Assembly: GCA_946006945.1 (NCBI GenBank) | Contig: CAMFZN010000001.1 | Span: forward strand, 1-56,497 | Direction of reading: 5' to 3' | DNA: 56,497 nt | DNA from: an uncultured Clostridia bacterium | GTDB lineage: Bacteria > Bacillota > Clostridia > Peptostreptococcales > Anaerovoracaceae | In this document: piece by piece, positions 18,751 through 27,614 of the stretch | Position numbering within the stretch: the stretch's first letter is position 1 | Layout of the letters: each line of letters opens with the position of its first letter | Notes under the pieces: generated by a model | The model's database searches: none | Seen by the model: the letters and a program-made list of their open reading frames with translations, nothing else | What the model was told of the DNA's origin: nothing | Program-made: the position numbers and the translations under genes

Positions 18751-19956
18751 ATGAAAGCTTATCAGAGATTACTTAACTATGTTACATTCCATACAAGAAG
18801 CGATGAGAACAGCACTACATCTCCTTCAAGCGAGAATCAGTTCGCGCTTGCCAACGCTCTCGTAGAAGAACTCAAGAGCCTCGGCGTTGAGGATGCTTCT
18901 TGTGATGAGTACTGCTATGTATACGGTCACGTTCCTGCAACACCGGGACACGAGGATGCAACTCCTATCGGTCTTATTGCTCACGTGGATACTGCTGATT
19001 TTAACGACCTTCCGGTTAAGCCAATGATTCATGAGAACTATGACGGTTCTGACATCATTCTCGGAGACAGCGGTCTTGTCCTTTCACCTAAGGCATTCCC
19101 AAGACTTAAGGACAGAATCGGTGAGACCCTTATCACTTCAGACGGAACAACTATCCTCGGCGCTGATGACAAGGCCGGAATCGCCGAGATTATGACAGTT
19201 GTTGAGCTTAAGGATACATTTGATCACGGCCCTATCTGCATTGCATTCACTCCTGACGAGGAGATCGGCAGAGGCTGTGAGAACTTCAATCTCGAGCGAT
19301 TCGGTGCCAAGTACGCATACACACTCGACGGCGAGTTTGAGAACGAGGTTGAGTGCAACACCTTCAACGCTGCATCAGCAAACATCAAGTTCCGCGGCGA
19401 GAACAACCATCCAGGTTCAGCAAAGAACATCATGATCAATGCCGCTCTCGTTGCAATGGAGTTCGACAGTCTTCTTCCAAGAGCTGAGCGACCTGAGCAC
19501 ACTGAGGGATACGAAGGCTTCTTCCACCTTCTCTCTGTTAACGGAGGCGTAGGCGAGGCATCACTTTCATACCTCATCAGAGATTTCGACACAGCAAAGT
19601 TCGAGAACCGCAAGGACATGATGATGCAGATTACCAAGTTCCTCAACGAGAAGTACGGTGAGGGCAGAGTTGTATGTGAGATTAAGGACGGCTACTACAA
19701 CATGTATAACATCCTCAAGGATCACCCTGTATGCATCGACAACGCTGTTCAGGCTAACAGAAATGCCGGACTTGAGCCTGTATCAGTTCCTCTAAGAGGC
19801 GGTACAGACGGAGCTAAGCTCAGCTTCATGGGACTTCCTTGCCCTAACCTCGGAACAGGAGCAAGCCAGTTCCACGGTCCATACGAGCACATCACATGCG
19901 AAGCAATGGACAGAGCTGTTAACGTTGTTATCGAGCTTCTTAAGCTTTTCGCATAA
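18751..19956 (+). CDS. pepT: peptidase T (tripeptide aminopeptidase, M20B)
   Basis: ORF 18745..19956. ATG 18751 is preferred (AAGGAG 9 nt upstream). It has the M20 motifs HVDT, GADDKAGIAEI and FTPDEEIG, and the pepT-like N-terminus LLNYVTFHTRSDE. Confidence 0.9.
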   Translation: MKAYQRLLNYVTFHTRSDENSTTSPSSENQFALANALVEELKSLGVEDASCDEYCYVYGHVPATPGHEDATPIGLIAHVDTADFNDLPVKPMIHENYDGSDIILGDSGLVLSPKAFPRLKDRIGETLITSDGTTILGADDKAGIAEIMTVVELKDTFDHGPICIAFTPDEEIGRGCENFNLERFGAKYAYTLDGEFENEVECNTFNAASANIKFRGENNHPGSAKNIMINAALVAMEFDSLLPRAERPEHTEGYEGFFHLLSVNGGVGEASLSYLIRDFDTAKFENRKDMMMQITKFLNEKYGEGRVVCEIKDGYYNMYNILKDHPVCIDNAVQANRNAGLEPVSVPLRGGTDGAKLSFMGLPCPNLGTGASQFHGPYEHITCEAMDRAVNVVIELLKLFA

Positions 19957-20033
19957 GATATGCTTACGCTGTGAATGCGGCCGCAGGCAACATGCCGACA
20001 TCCGCATCAGATTATTCAGCTATTCAAACACAA

Positions 20034-20062
20034 GGGGAACGGATTACCGTTCCCTCTTTCTT
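20034..20062 (+). terminator. intrinsic terminator after pepT
   Basis: GGGAACGG-ATTA-CCGTTCCC (8-bp stem) followed by TCTTTCTTT. Confidence 0.75.
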
Positions 20063-20742
20063 TACTTTATTCCACCTTCCTTGAGTCTTCTGCTCAGACT
20101 GAACACAAATTCCTTGATTGCTCTTACATGACTGTCAGCAAGCCTTCTTGCTGCATCTCCGTCACCTGACTCTATTGCCTCCATCATGGCAATGTGCTGC
20201 TTCGATGTCTCTTCATAAAGAGTGTCGTCTTCATAATACAGATATCTGAATCTGAGAGAAAGCTCCTGAACATACTCCACCATCTGCCTCAGAGTATCGT
20301 TGTCGCAGCAAGCTACAATATAGTTGTGAAACTCCTCGTCGAGATGGATGATTCTCATCTTATCTCTGTTAAGACATGCAGTCTGGTACTCCTCCGCAAT
20401 CCTTCTGAGCTGCTTCTTCTGCTCATTGCTGCTTCTTCCTGCAGCAAGATAAGCGCAGAAGCCCTCCATATCCTCACGAATCTCAAATACATCGAGCATA
20501 TCCTTTATGGAAATCTGTGCTACATAAGCACCTTTTCTCGCCTCCATCTGCACGAGTCCGTCATCGTTGAGTCTCCTGATTGCTTCCCTGATAGGAGTCC
20601 TGCTTACATTCATTCTTTTGGCCAGGTCAACCTCCATAAGACGGCTGCCGGCCGGAATCTCTCCTGTCAGAATCTTGTGCTTGAGCTCAAGATATACTAT
20701 CTCTTTAAGAGGCTTCTGTGACCTCATCTCAAAATCCATCAT
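20062..20742 (-). CDS. GntR family transcriptional regulator (FadR/FCD subfamily)
   Basis: ORF 20062..20775. The start is placed at ATG 20742, just after the ispE stop. It has the winged-helix motif LAKRMNVSRTPIREAIRRL followed by a helical FCD-like C-terminal domain. Confidence 0.8.
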   Translation of the reverse strand: MMDFEMRSQKPLKEIVYLELKHKILTGEIPAGSRLMEVDLAKRMNVSRTPIREAIRRLNDDGLVQMEARKGAYVAQISIKDMLDVFEIREDMEGFCAYLAAGRSSNEQKKQLRRIAEEYQTACLNRDKMRIIHLDEEFHNYIVACCDNDTLRQMVEYVQELSLRFRYLYYEDDTLYEETSKQHIAMMEAIESGDGDAARRLADSHVRAIKEFVFSLSRRLKEGGIK

Positions 20743-20744
20743 CT

Positions 20745-21650
20745 CTACTGTCCCTCTCCTGTACTGCACTTCCATGCGCGCCAGCCGCTCTTCATCTCAG
20801 CACACAGTCTTTCGAAGCCCTTGTCTCTTTCAGACTCATTCCTGAAGTATGCGACTATTGTCGGCCCGCTTCCACTCATCAGCACTTCATCCGCGCCAAT
20901 TGTGCTCATCATCTCCTTAAGCTGCCTTGCCTCAGGATACTGTTCGAGCGTATACTCCTCCATTCTGTTGAAGAACAGGTCATACACCGGCACTCTGTCC
21001 TCAGAATCTATCGCCTCATATACCTCTTTGGTCGATACCGATATTCCCGGATTGGCCAGAATTACAAACCTTCTTACGGGCAAAACACTTTCAAGCACCT
21101 CGCCGATTCCCCGTGCTCTCGCTGAATCTGTCGCTGCCGCAAGACCGTCAAGCTCACAAAGCCTGTCCCTGTTACGATAAGCATTCATGGCAAGCGAGAA
21201 TGGAACGTCAGCACCGACAGCTGTTCCTATTCTCATAAGCTCATCCAGACTTAGTCTCGAGCCTGTAATAGCATTCAGACCCAGCATTGCCGCAGCAGCG
21301 TTGCCGCTTCCTCCTGCAATTCCTGCAGCTACAGGAAGCCTTTTGTCAATCTCAACTGTAACCTCTGCCGGAAGCTCATCTTCGATTGCATTAATAACGG
21401 CCTTAAGACCTTTGATTGCCAGATTACTCTCATCATATGGCATTCCCTCAGCCTCAGACCTCAGATACATGTCGACCCCTCTGCAGGATGCGATGAACCT
21501 GCCATCGCTGCTGTCCGACACTTTTATCAGGTCATAAAGACTCACGCCCTGCATGACAGAGTCAATGTCATGATAGCCATTCTCGCGTCTGCCTGTTATT
21601 TCAAGAGACAGATTAATCTTGGCATGTGCATTAAGCAGAATTTCTTTCAT
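20745..21650 (-). CDS. ispE: 4-(cytidine 5'-diphospho)-2-C-methyl-D-erythritol kinase
   Basis: 301-aa ORF with the N-terminus AHAKINLSLEITGRRENGYHDIDSVMQ and the GHMP kinase motif PVAAGIAGGSGNAAA. Confidence 0.9.
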   Translation of the reverse strand: MKEILLNAHAKINLSLEITGRRENGYHDIDSVMQGVSLYDLIKVSDSSDGRFIASCRGVDMYLRSEAEGMPYDESNLAIKGLKAVINAIEDELPAEVTVEIDKRLPVAAGIAGGSGNAAAAMLGLNAITGSRLSLDELMRIGTAVGADVPFSLAMNAYRNRDRLCELDGLAAATDSARARGIGEVLESVLPVRRFVILANPGISVSTKEVYEAIDSEDRVPVYDLFFNRMEEYTLEQYPEARQLKEMMSTIGADEVLMSGSGPTIVAYFRNESERDKGFERLCAEMKSGWRAWKCSTGEGQ

Positions 21651-21667
21651 GATAATTATCCCTTTCG

Positions 21668-21704
21668 AAAAAACAGAAATGCCAGCGAAGCGTCGACATT
21701 TCTG
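21668..21704 (-). terminator. intrinsic terminator after the Ig-like protein gene
   Basis: On the minus strand, CAGAAATG...CATTTCTG (8-bp stem) followed by TTTTTT. Confidence 0.7.
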
Positions 21705-21721
21705 ATTCCCGGAGCATGTGA

Positions 21722-22486
21722 TTATTTCTTTTTCTTTGTCTTATGGATAGGCGCAGGTGCGTGAACATGATACACATTGTTCAGATAATCTGCACAGATA
21801 ATTCTTTCCTTGCCCTTGGAATGTGCGTCGCCCTTCTTCTTATTCTTCTTGGCAAGCTTAGCCTGACGCTTATTCTCCTCGTCGATTACCTCCTGAACAG
21901 TCTTTCCTGTTCTCTTGGCCTCCTTGTAAGGATTGAAAGCAGCCTCCTTTGTCTTGGTTTCCTTCTCCTCTGCCTCCTTCTCCTTCTGCTGCTTCATTGT
22001 AACGAACATGATTCCTCCGAACATTACAACCATCATTGCCATGTTAACGATGTTGTTAACCGACTGGTTATATGTCTTGAAAGTAATCTCCTGGTCTCTT
22101 CCAAGCACATGACCATCGTTATCTACGAAGTCAGCGCCGATCTTAACTGTATACTTAGCGTTGTTCTTTACTCTGTAATCTGTTGTATCTGCAAGCACGA
22201 GAACAAGGCCGTCATTCTTGTCACTGAAAAGAATCTGTGATGGAACTGTCTTGCCATCCTCGTCTACGAGCTTAACCACCTTGCTGTCTACCTTCTTTGC
22301 AGCCTTGGAGTTAACAGGATGGTTGAATCTCAGCTTAACGCCGACATTCTCCATTGATGTGTTCTCCTGTCCGTTCTCAGGATATGTGGACAAAAGCTCA
22401 AGTCCGTCAGTATCAGCATAGCAGAATACCGATCCGGCAATTACCATTACTGCGGCAAGCAGTGCAACTATTCCTCTTCTCTTCAT
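21722..22486 (-). CDS. secreted/membrane-anchored Ig-like (SbsA_Ig-type) domain protein with Lys/Glu-rich tail
   Basis: 254-aa ORF with a signal peptide (MKRRGIVALLAAVMVIAGSVFCYA), one Ig-like module (STYPENGQENTSMENVGVKLRFNHPV...), a TM helix (IVNMAMMVVMFGGIMFVTM) and a charged K/E tail. The ATGA overlap with the tadA stop suggests translational coupling. Confidence 0.5.
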   Translation of the reverse strand: MKRRGIVALLAAVMVIAGSVFCYADTDGLELLSTYPENGQENTSMENVGVKLRFNHPVNSKAAKKVDSKVVKLVDEDGKTVPSQILFSDKNDGLVLVLADTTDYRVKNNAKYTVKIGADFVDNDGHVLGRDQEITFKTYNQSVNNIVNMAMMVVMFGGIMFVTMKQQKEKEAEEKETKTKEAAFNPYKEAKRTGKTVQEVIDEENKRQAKLAKKNKKKGDAHSKGKERIICADYLNNVYHVHAPAPIHKTKKKK

Positions 22487-23022
22487 CTGATTACATCCTC
22501 CGATTGTTTGTTTTCATCTGCGGCAGCTCTTCTCGCAGCCGCCTTCTCAGCTCTCTTTCTTCTGAAGAACTCGGACAGCAGTCTGCCGCACTCTTCTTCT
22601 CTGATTCCCGAGCTGACCTCTATTCTATGATTAAGCTCTCTGCTCTGAACAATATCGAGAGCAAGCCCATGCTCGCTCCTCTTGCGGTACATCGTGCCTA
22701 TGCAAAGCCTCTCTATTCTGGCAAGCACCATGGCTCCCGCGCACATCGCACAAGGCTCGAGCGTCGCATAGAGAGTGCAGCCGGTCAGCCACTTGGCTCC
22801 AAGCTCAGTCTCAGCTCTGTGCATTGCTATCATCTCCGCATGTGCAGAGGATGACTCAAGTGTCTCCACAAGATTGTGGGCTCTCGCGATAATCTCGCCA
22901 TCCCTGACTATCACCGCGCCTACAGGAACCTCTCCCTCCGAAGCGGCAATCTCAGCCTCTCTGATGGCCTCATCCATAAAGTATTCATCCTTTGAAATAG
23001 CAGAGCAACTGATTTCTTCCAT
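22483..23022 (-). CDS. tadA: tRNA adenosine(34) deaminase
   Basis: CDA-fold zinc motifs HAEMIAM and PCAMCAG. The N-terminus DEYFMDEAIREAE...EVPVGAVIV resembles TadA. An alternative start is ATG 22977. Confidence 0.85.
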   Translation of the reverse strand: MEEISCSAISKDEYFMDEAIREAEIAASEGEVPVGAVIVRDGEIIARAHNLVETLESSSAHAEMIAMHRAETELGAKWLTGCTLYATLEPCAMCAGAMVLARIERLCIGTMYRKRSEHGLALDIVQSRELNHRIEVSSGIREEECGRLLSEFFRRKRAEKAAARRAAADENKQSEDVIR

Positions 23023-23099
23023 AGTTTTTTCATTGTATCATATTTAGAACATTGCTTCAAGCTTTTTTGCTTGACTCAGGGTCTGCCGTCTGTTTCACA

Positions 23100-23732
23100 C
23101 TACAGGTTGAAACCGCGCATGAAGGCGATCAGCGGATTGATATCATAAATCCGTCCTGCAATGACAGATTCGTTAAGAAGCATGCTGACGTCGTTAATTC
23201 TCTCAGGTGCAAAAATTCCGGTCATCGGAAGCAGGAAGGCCAGAAACAGGCATACGAGAATAACTCCTCTAAGGCCGCCAATCATCAGCCCCACGCCGTC
23301 ATCGACGGTGCCGATGAAGCCTTTTTGCATTTTGCTCCTGTGAACCTTTCTTCTAAGCAAGGACGTAATTGCTGCGACAGTGAGAACTATCAGAATGAAA
23401 GCCGTTGTAGTCACAACAAGATTGGTGAAATGCTTAGCAGTAGTCATAAATATTCCATTAGTGATATCCGATATCGTCTCGCCGATTCTACCCGGTATAA
23501 GGCTCGCCAGGTCAAGCTGTCCGTCAGCTTCATGGGCGCTAAGTCTGTCGAGCATCCACTCGTCCATGCCGGTAAGCATCAGGAGCTCCGAGACCCGCTC
23601 AGTAAGGAGAACTCCGGCCACGAGACTGGCGACAAGCATTCCAAGTCTCAGCACAGTCTCAAGAAACCCGTGCCGTCTTCCAAGAATTGTTGATACTGCA
23701 AAAATCAGAATTACCGCAATGTCCAGAATCAT
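23100..23732 (-). CDS. cvpA: CvpA family membrane protein
   Basis: 210-aa ORF with 4 TM-like segments and the N-terminus MILDIAVILIFAVSTILGRRHGF typical of CvpA. RBS AAGGAG. Confidence 0.65.
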   Translation of the reverse strand: MILDIAVILIFAVSTILGRRHGFLETVLRLGMLVASLVAGVLLTERVSELLMLTGMDEWMLDRLSAHEADGQLDLASLIPGRIGETISDITNGIFMTTAKHFTNLVVTTTAFILIVLTVAAITSLLRRKVHRSKMQKGFIGTVDDGVGLMIGGLRGVILVCLFLAFLLPMTGIFAPERINDVSMLLNESVIAGRIYDINPLIAFMRGFNL

Positions 23733-23882
23733 CTCTTCTCCTTAAGATAATGCCGTAATCTATGGCATTACCTGCAATGATTGTTTTTATTTATACAGCC
23801 GCTTGTCTGCGTTTAATCTTAACAATTATATGTTAAATTGTAAGAACATAATACACCCTATTTAAAAGGAGATAATGAAAAA

Positions 23883-25151
23883 ATGGCTGACAATCAGAAA
23901 ATGTGGGGCGACCTTGGAATGAACCTCGAGATGCATGACCAGCTCTGTGCAGTTCTTCCAGGTGCTATCGGAGACGTATTCATGTCACAGGAGAACAGAC
24001 CTGAGCATATGGACTATTTCGACATGGTTCTTGCTGACGTTCACGGTCTTAGACCTGCTGAGCTCGTTGAGTTCAGAGAGAAGGGCGGCAAGGTTTTCGG
24101 AACCTTCTGCGCTTATGTTCCTGACGAGGTAATCATCGCTGCCGGCGGTATCGCAACAGGCCTCTGCGCAGGTTCACAGTTCTGGGTACCTGGCGGAGAG
24201 AGATATCTTCCTGCCAACACATGCCCTCTTATCAAGGCTATGCTCGGTGCAAGATTTGACAGAACCTGTCCTTTCTACAGACTCGCTGACATCTACATCG
24301 GAGAGACTACCTGCGACGGAAAGAAGAAGGCTTACGAGATTCTCGGAACCGATGTTCCAATGCACGTAATGGATCTTCCTCAGATGAAGAGACCTAAGGA
24401 CTTAAAGAAGTGGGCAGAGGAGATCAAGGACCTTCTCGCTATTGCTGAGGACCTCACAGGCAACAAGGTTACTCCTGAGAAGCTCGCTGAGAAGATTAAG
24501 GTTATCAACGCAAAGAGAGCAGCTCTTCAGAGACTCTACGATCTCAGAAAGAACGAGAAGGCTCCTATCAGCGGAACTGACACTCTCCTCATCTCACAGA
24601 TTGCTTACTACGATGATCCTGAGAGATTTACAAAGATGGTTAACATCCTCTGCGATGAGCTTGACCAGAGAGTTGCCGACGGCGTTGACGTTGCTCCAGG
24701 AGCTAAGAGAATTCTTCTCTCTGGAACTCCAATGGCAATTCCTAACTGGAAGATGCACAACATCGTTGAGACATCAGGCGCTGTAGTAGTATGCGAGGAG
24801 ACCTGCACAGGAACTCGTTACTTCGAGAATCAGGTTGACGAGTCAGGCGAGACTCTCGATGACATGATTCAGAACATCGCTGACAGATACATGGGCATCA
24901 ACTGCGCATGCTTCACTCCTAACGAGGGAAGATTCGACGATGTTATCAGACTTGCCAAGGAGTACAAGGTTGACGGAGTTATCGACATCAACCTCAAGTT
25001 CTGCCAGACATACGATATTGAGGGATACACTCTCGAGCAGAGACTTAACGAGGCAGGCATCAAGGTTCTCGGAATCGAGACAGATTACACAGACAGCGAT
25101 GCATCTCAGATCAAGACAAGGGTTGAGGCTTTCGTTGAAACACTTGCATAA
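23883..25151 (+). CDS. 2-hydroxyacyl-CoA dehydratase/benzoyl-CoA reductase-family protein, single-subunit (double-cubane-cluster-protein-like)
   Basis: 422-aa ORF with RBS AAGGAG. Spaced Cys residues are typical of the HgdB/BcrB fold (FCAYVP, GLCAGS, NTCPLIK, ETTCDGKKK, CEETCTG, KFCQTYD). No second structural subunit is present nearby. Confidence 0.7.
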   Translation: MADNQKMWGDLGMNLEMHDQLCAVLPGAIGDVFMSQENRPEHMDYFDMVLADVHGLRPAELVEFREKGGKVFGTFCAYVPDEVIIAAGGIATGLCAGSQFWVPGGERYLPANTCPLIKAMLGARFDRTCPFYRLADIYIGETTCDGKKKAYEILGTDVPMHVMDLPQMKRPKDLKKWAEEIKDLLAIAEDLTGNKVTPEKLAEKIKVINAKRAALQRLYDLRKNEKAPISGTDTLLISQIAYYDDPERFTKMVNILCDELDQRVADGVDVAPGAKRILLSGTPMAIPNWKMHNIVETSGAVVVCEETCTGTRYFENQVDESGETLDDMIQNIADRYMGINCACFTPNEGRFDDVIRLAKEYKVDGVIDINLKFCQTYDIEGYTLEQRLNEAGIKVLGIETDYTDSDASQIKTRVEAFVETLA

Positions 25152-25187
25152 TTCTGCGCGTGAAGATATGCTTTGTAATAGCAGCTT

Positions 25188-25218
25188 GGGTGGCTCGTTT
25201 CAAGGGCCACCCTTTTTC
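25188..25218 (+). terminator. intrinsic terminator-like hairpin between the dehydratase-family gene and DUF3343
   Basis: GGGTGGC-11 nt loop-GCCACCC followed by TTTTT. Confidence 0.55.
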
Positions 25219-25232
25219 GGGGGATAATCAGG

Positions 25233-25484
25233 ATGAACTACTATATTCTATTCAAGAATCACACCGACAGCATGGCGATGTACACGACTCTCAAGAAGGA
25301 GGGTTTCAAGGTCAGGATCTCCCCGACCCCTCGCGAGCTTAGTGTCTGCTGCGGAGTATCACTGCTTGCGCTCGAATCAGAGATTGACGCCATCAAGGCA
25401 TATCTCGCAGACAACCCGCTCGACCACCTGAGCATCGAGCCGCTCGACAACACCTTCGACAATACCCGCCATCGCTACGGTTAG
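25233..25484 (+). CDS. DUF3343 domain protein
   Basis: 83-aa ORF. It has the pattern YYILFKNHTDSMAMYTTLKKEGFKVRISPTPRELSVCCGVSL, which is typical of DUF3343 (ferredoxin-like fold with a conserved Cys). Confidence 0.65.
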   Translation: MNYYILFKNHTDSMAMYTTLKKEGFKVRISPTPRELSVCCGVSLLALESEIDAIKAYLADNPLDHLSIEPLDNTFDNTRHRYG

Positions 25485-25500
25485 ACAGGAGAAAGCATTA

Positions 25501-26262
25501 ATGAATTACATAGGAATTGACATAGGCTCAACAGCCTCAAAGGTATGCATACTGAAGGAGGGCGAAGCACCGATGTTCAAGGTGCTCCCGACCGGCTGGA
25601 ACAGCAAGATTACAGCAGGCATAATCAGAGAAGAGCTTGAGAAGCTCGAGGGAGGCCTCTCTGCGTGCAAAACCATTGCTACAGGCTACGGAAGAATCTC
25701 CGTGGAATACGCAGATTCTGTAGTAACCGAGATCACCTGCCACGGCCGAGGCGGCTATGAGATGATAGGAAGAGACTGCACCATAATAGACATCGGAGGA
25801 CAGGACACCAAGTACATCGATGTCAAGGGCGGACGCACTGTTGATTTCCTAATGAATGACAAGTGTGCAGCAGGAACAGGCAAATTCATCGAGGTCATGG
25901 CCAACAGGCTCGGTCTCACGATTGATGAGCTCTTCGACCTTGCTCGCCACGGCAATCCGCTTCCTATAAGCTCGCTTTGCACTGTTTTCGCAGAGTCCGA
26001 GGTAATCAACTACATGGGTGAGGGAAGAGAACGAGAGGACATCGCTGCCGGAGTAATCGACTCCGTCGCTCTTAAGGTTGCAACTCTCGTTCAGAGAAAG
26101 GCGCTTCAGGACACCGTAATCGTAACAGGCGGCCTAAGCGGCAACGAATTCTTCGCCTCAGTCCTCTCAGGGAAGCTCGGAAGGACAGTAATTCCAATGC
26201 CTGACGGCAGATACGCCGGAGCATACGGCGCCGCACTTATCGCAAAGGAGCGCGACAGATAA
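25501..26262 (+). CDS. acyl-CoA dehydratase activase / BcrAD_BadFG family ATPase
   Basis: 253-aa ORF with RBS AGGAGAAAG. It has the ASKHA N-terminus IGIDIGSTASK, DIGGQDTK, and the cluster-bridging Cys region NDKCAAGTGKF...SLCTVFAESEV. Confidence 0.9.
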   Translation: MNYIGIDIGSTASKVCILKEGEAPMFKVLPTGWNSKITAGIIREELEKLEGGLSACKTIATGYGRISVEYADSVVTEITCHGRGGYEMIGRDCTIIDIGGQDTKYIDVKGGRTVDFLMNDKCAAGTGKFIEVMANRLGLTIDELFDLARHGNPLPISSLCTVFAESEVINYMGEGREREDIAAGVIDSVALKVATLVQRKALQDTVIVTGGLSGNEFFASVLSGKLGRTVIPMPDGRYAGAYGAALIAKERDR

Positions 26263-26291
26263 CATTTCAGATAGAATTATCCCATCATAAT

Positions 26292-26336
26292 AAAAAGCGA
26301 TACCCGGTTCTCACAGCCAGGTATCGCTCATTTTCT
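26292..26336. terminator. bidirectional intrinsic terminator
   Basis: AAAAAGCGATACC...GGTATCGCTCATTTTC: a 9-bp stem between convergent genes. Confidence 0.75.
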
Positions 26337-26344
26337 TTCCTCTG

Positions 26345-27529
26345 CTAGAAGCATTCCTTGTATATCTCGAGAATCTCCTCATGGGTAAGCTTTCTGAACG
26401 CACCCTCCGAGATAAAGCAGCTGTCTGCAATCTCCTTAAGGTCTGTCTCCTCTGTGATTCCAAGCTCCCTCAAAGTTGTAGGAAGACCCATTTCTCTAAT
26501 GAAATCCGCAAGAGCCTCTATGCCTGCAAGTGCAAGCTCCTCTTCACTCTCGTAATCTGCAGGATTAAGTCTCCATACCTCCTTGGCAAAGCTTACGAAT
26601 TTAGGAAGTCCATCCTTATATATGTGTCTGTAGTACACAGGATGGAGAACGGCCAGTCCCTCTCCATGATTGCAGTTAGTGTACGCGCTCAGCTGATGCT
26701 CCATGTTGTGGGCCTGGAAGTCCAGCTTTTTGCCCGTCTTAGGGAATCCGTTCTCTGCAAGAGAGCCTGCCCACATTATGCTTGTTCTCGCCTCAACATT
26801 CTCAGGATTTTCGACAGCAGCCCTGAAATCCCTGATCAGGCCGTGCATCAGGCCCTCCATCATATCGTCGGTAGCCCAGCTTCCTGCAGGATCGCTGAAA
26901 TATCCCTCCATGATATGCGACAAAATATCGAAGGTTCCTGCCTTGATCTGCCTCATCGGCATTGTCATGGTATATGCGGGATCCATCAGGGCGAACAGCG
27001 GATTGATCTTAGGATATCCTCTGTCACATTTGATGTTTGTCTCTGTGTTGGTTAGAACCGCACATGGATTAAGCTCTGATCCTGTTGCCGGCATTGTTAC
27101 AACAACGCCGCATGGAAGCGGATCGAAGTCCATAGGCTTGCCTTCTATCCAGAAATCCTGCCACGCATCACCGTCATATGCTGCCTGCACTGCCATTGCC
27201 TTGCAGCAGTCCATTGTCGAGCCGCCGCCTACTGCAAGAATCAGTCCGACATCGTTAGCCTTAACCTGCTCTACTCCCTCGAGCATCTTATCAACTGTCG
27301 GATTGGACATTATGCCTCCCCAGGCAATCATCTCATATCCGGCCTCCTTTACCGCCGCCTCAACATCGGCAAAAGACCCGTTCTTCATTACCGAGCCGCC
27401 GCCGTATCCGACGAGGACCTTCTTTCTTCCCGGAAGCGCGAACTCCTGTATCAGCTCTGCAAGGTGCTTTCCTACCACCTTGTCTCCGAAATATACTCTG
27501 GTTCTGTTCTGCCATACGAAATTATTCAT
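26345..27529 (-). CDS. iron-containing (group III) alcohol dehydrogenase, butanol-dehydrogenase/YqhD-like
   Basis: 394-aa ORF with the Fe-ADH motifs GGGSVMK, GGGSTMDCCK and the His cluster HxxxH (HNMEHQLS...HGEGLAVLHP). Confidence 0.85.
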   Translation of the reverse strand: MNNFVWQNRTRVYFGDKVVGKHLAELIQEFALPGRKKVLVGYGGGSVMKNGSFADVEAAVKEAGYEMIAWGGIMSNPTVDKMLEGVEQVKANDVGLILAVGGGSTMDCCKAMAVQAAYDGDAWQDFWIEGKPMDFDPLPCGVVVTMPATGSELNPCAVLTNTETNIKCDRGYPKINPLFALMDPAYTMTMPMRQIKAGTFDILSHIMEGYFSDPAGSWATDDMMEGLMHGLIRDFRAAVENPENVEARTSIMWAGSLAENGFPKTGKKLDFQAHNMEHQLSAYTNCNHGEGLAVLHPVYYRHIYKDGLPKFVSFAKEVWRLNPADYESEEELALAGIEALADFIREMGLPTTLRELGITEETDLKEIADSCFISEGAFRKLTHEEILEIYKECF

Positions 27530-27554
27530 TAATACACCTCTCCCTATTTACCGT

Positions 27555-27583
27555 TTGCCCCCGGCCTCTGACGGGGCTATAAT
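27555..27583 (+). promoter_or_regulatory. candidate promoter of the C_GCAxxG_C_C gene
   Basis: TTGCCC (27555-27560), 17-nt spacer, TATAAT (27578-27583). Confidence 0.5.
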
Positions 27584-27614
27584 CAGATTATAAAACCAGA
27601 GGAGGTATTTGGCT

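Noticed and set aside
23820-23850. Imperfect dyad CTTAACAATT...AAATTGTAAG upstream of the dehydratase-family gene, considered as an operator
   Set aside because: The arms match only partially and lie in a generally AT-rich promoter region. I could not define a convincing promoter relative to it, so the evidence is too weak to report.
26381-27593. Two long plus-strand ORFs (224 aa and 296 aa) opposite the alcohol dehydrogenase gene
   Set aside because: They are antisense to a well-supported Fe-ADH CDS. Their Ser/Pro/Thr/Leu-rich low-complexity translations and lack of an RBS are typical of spurious shadow ORFs. The same reasoning applies to 23052..23693, 29519..30211, 30984..31712, 36167..36736, 38212..38727 and 54812..55342.
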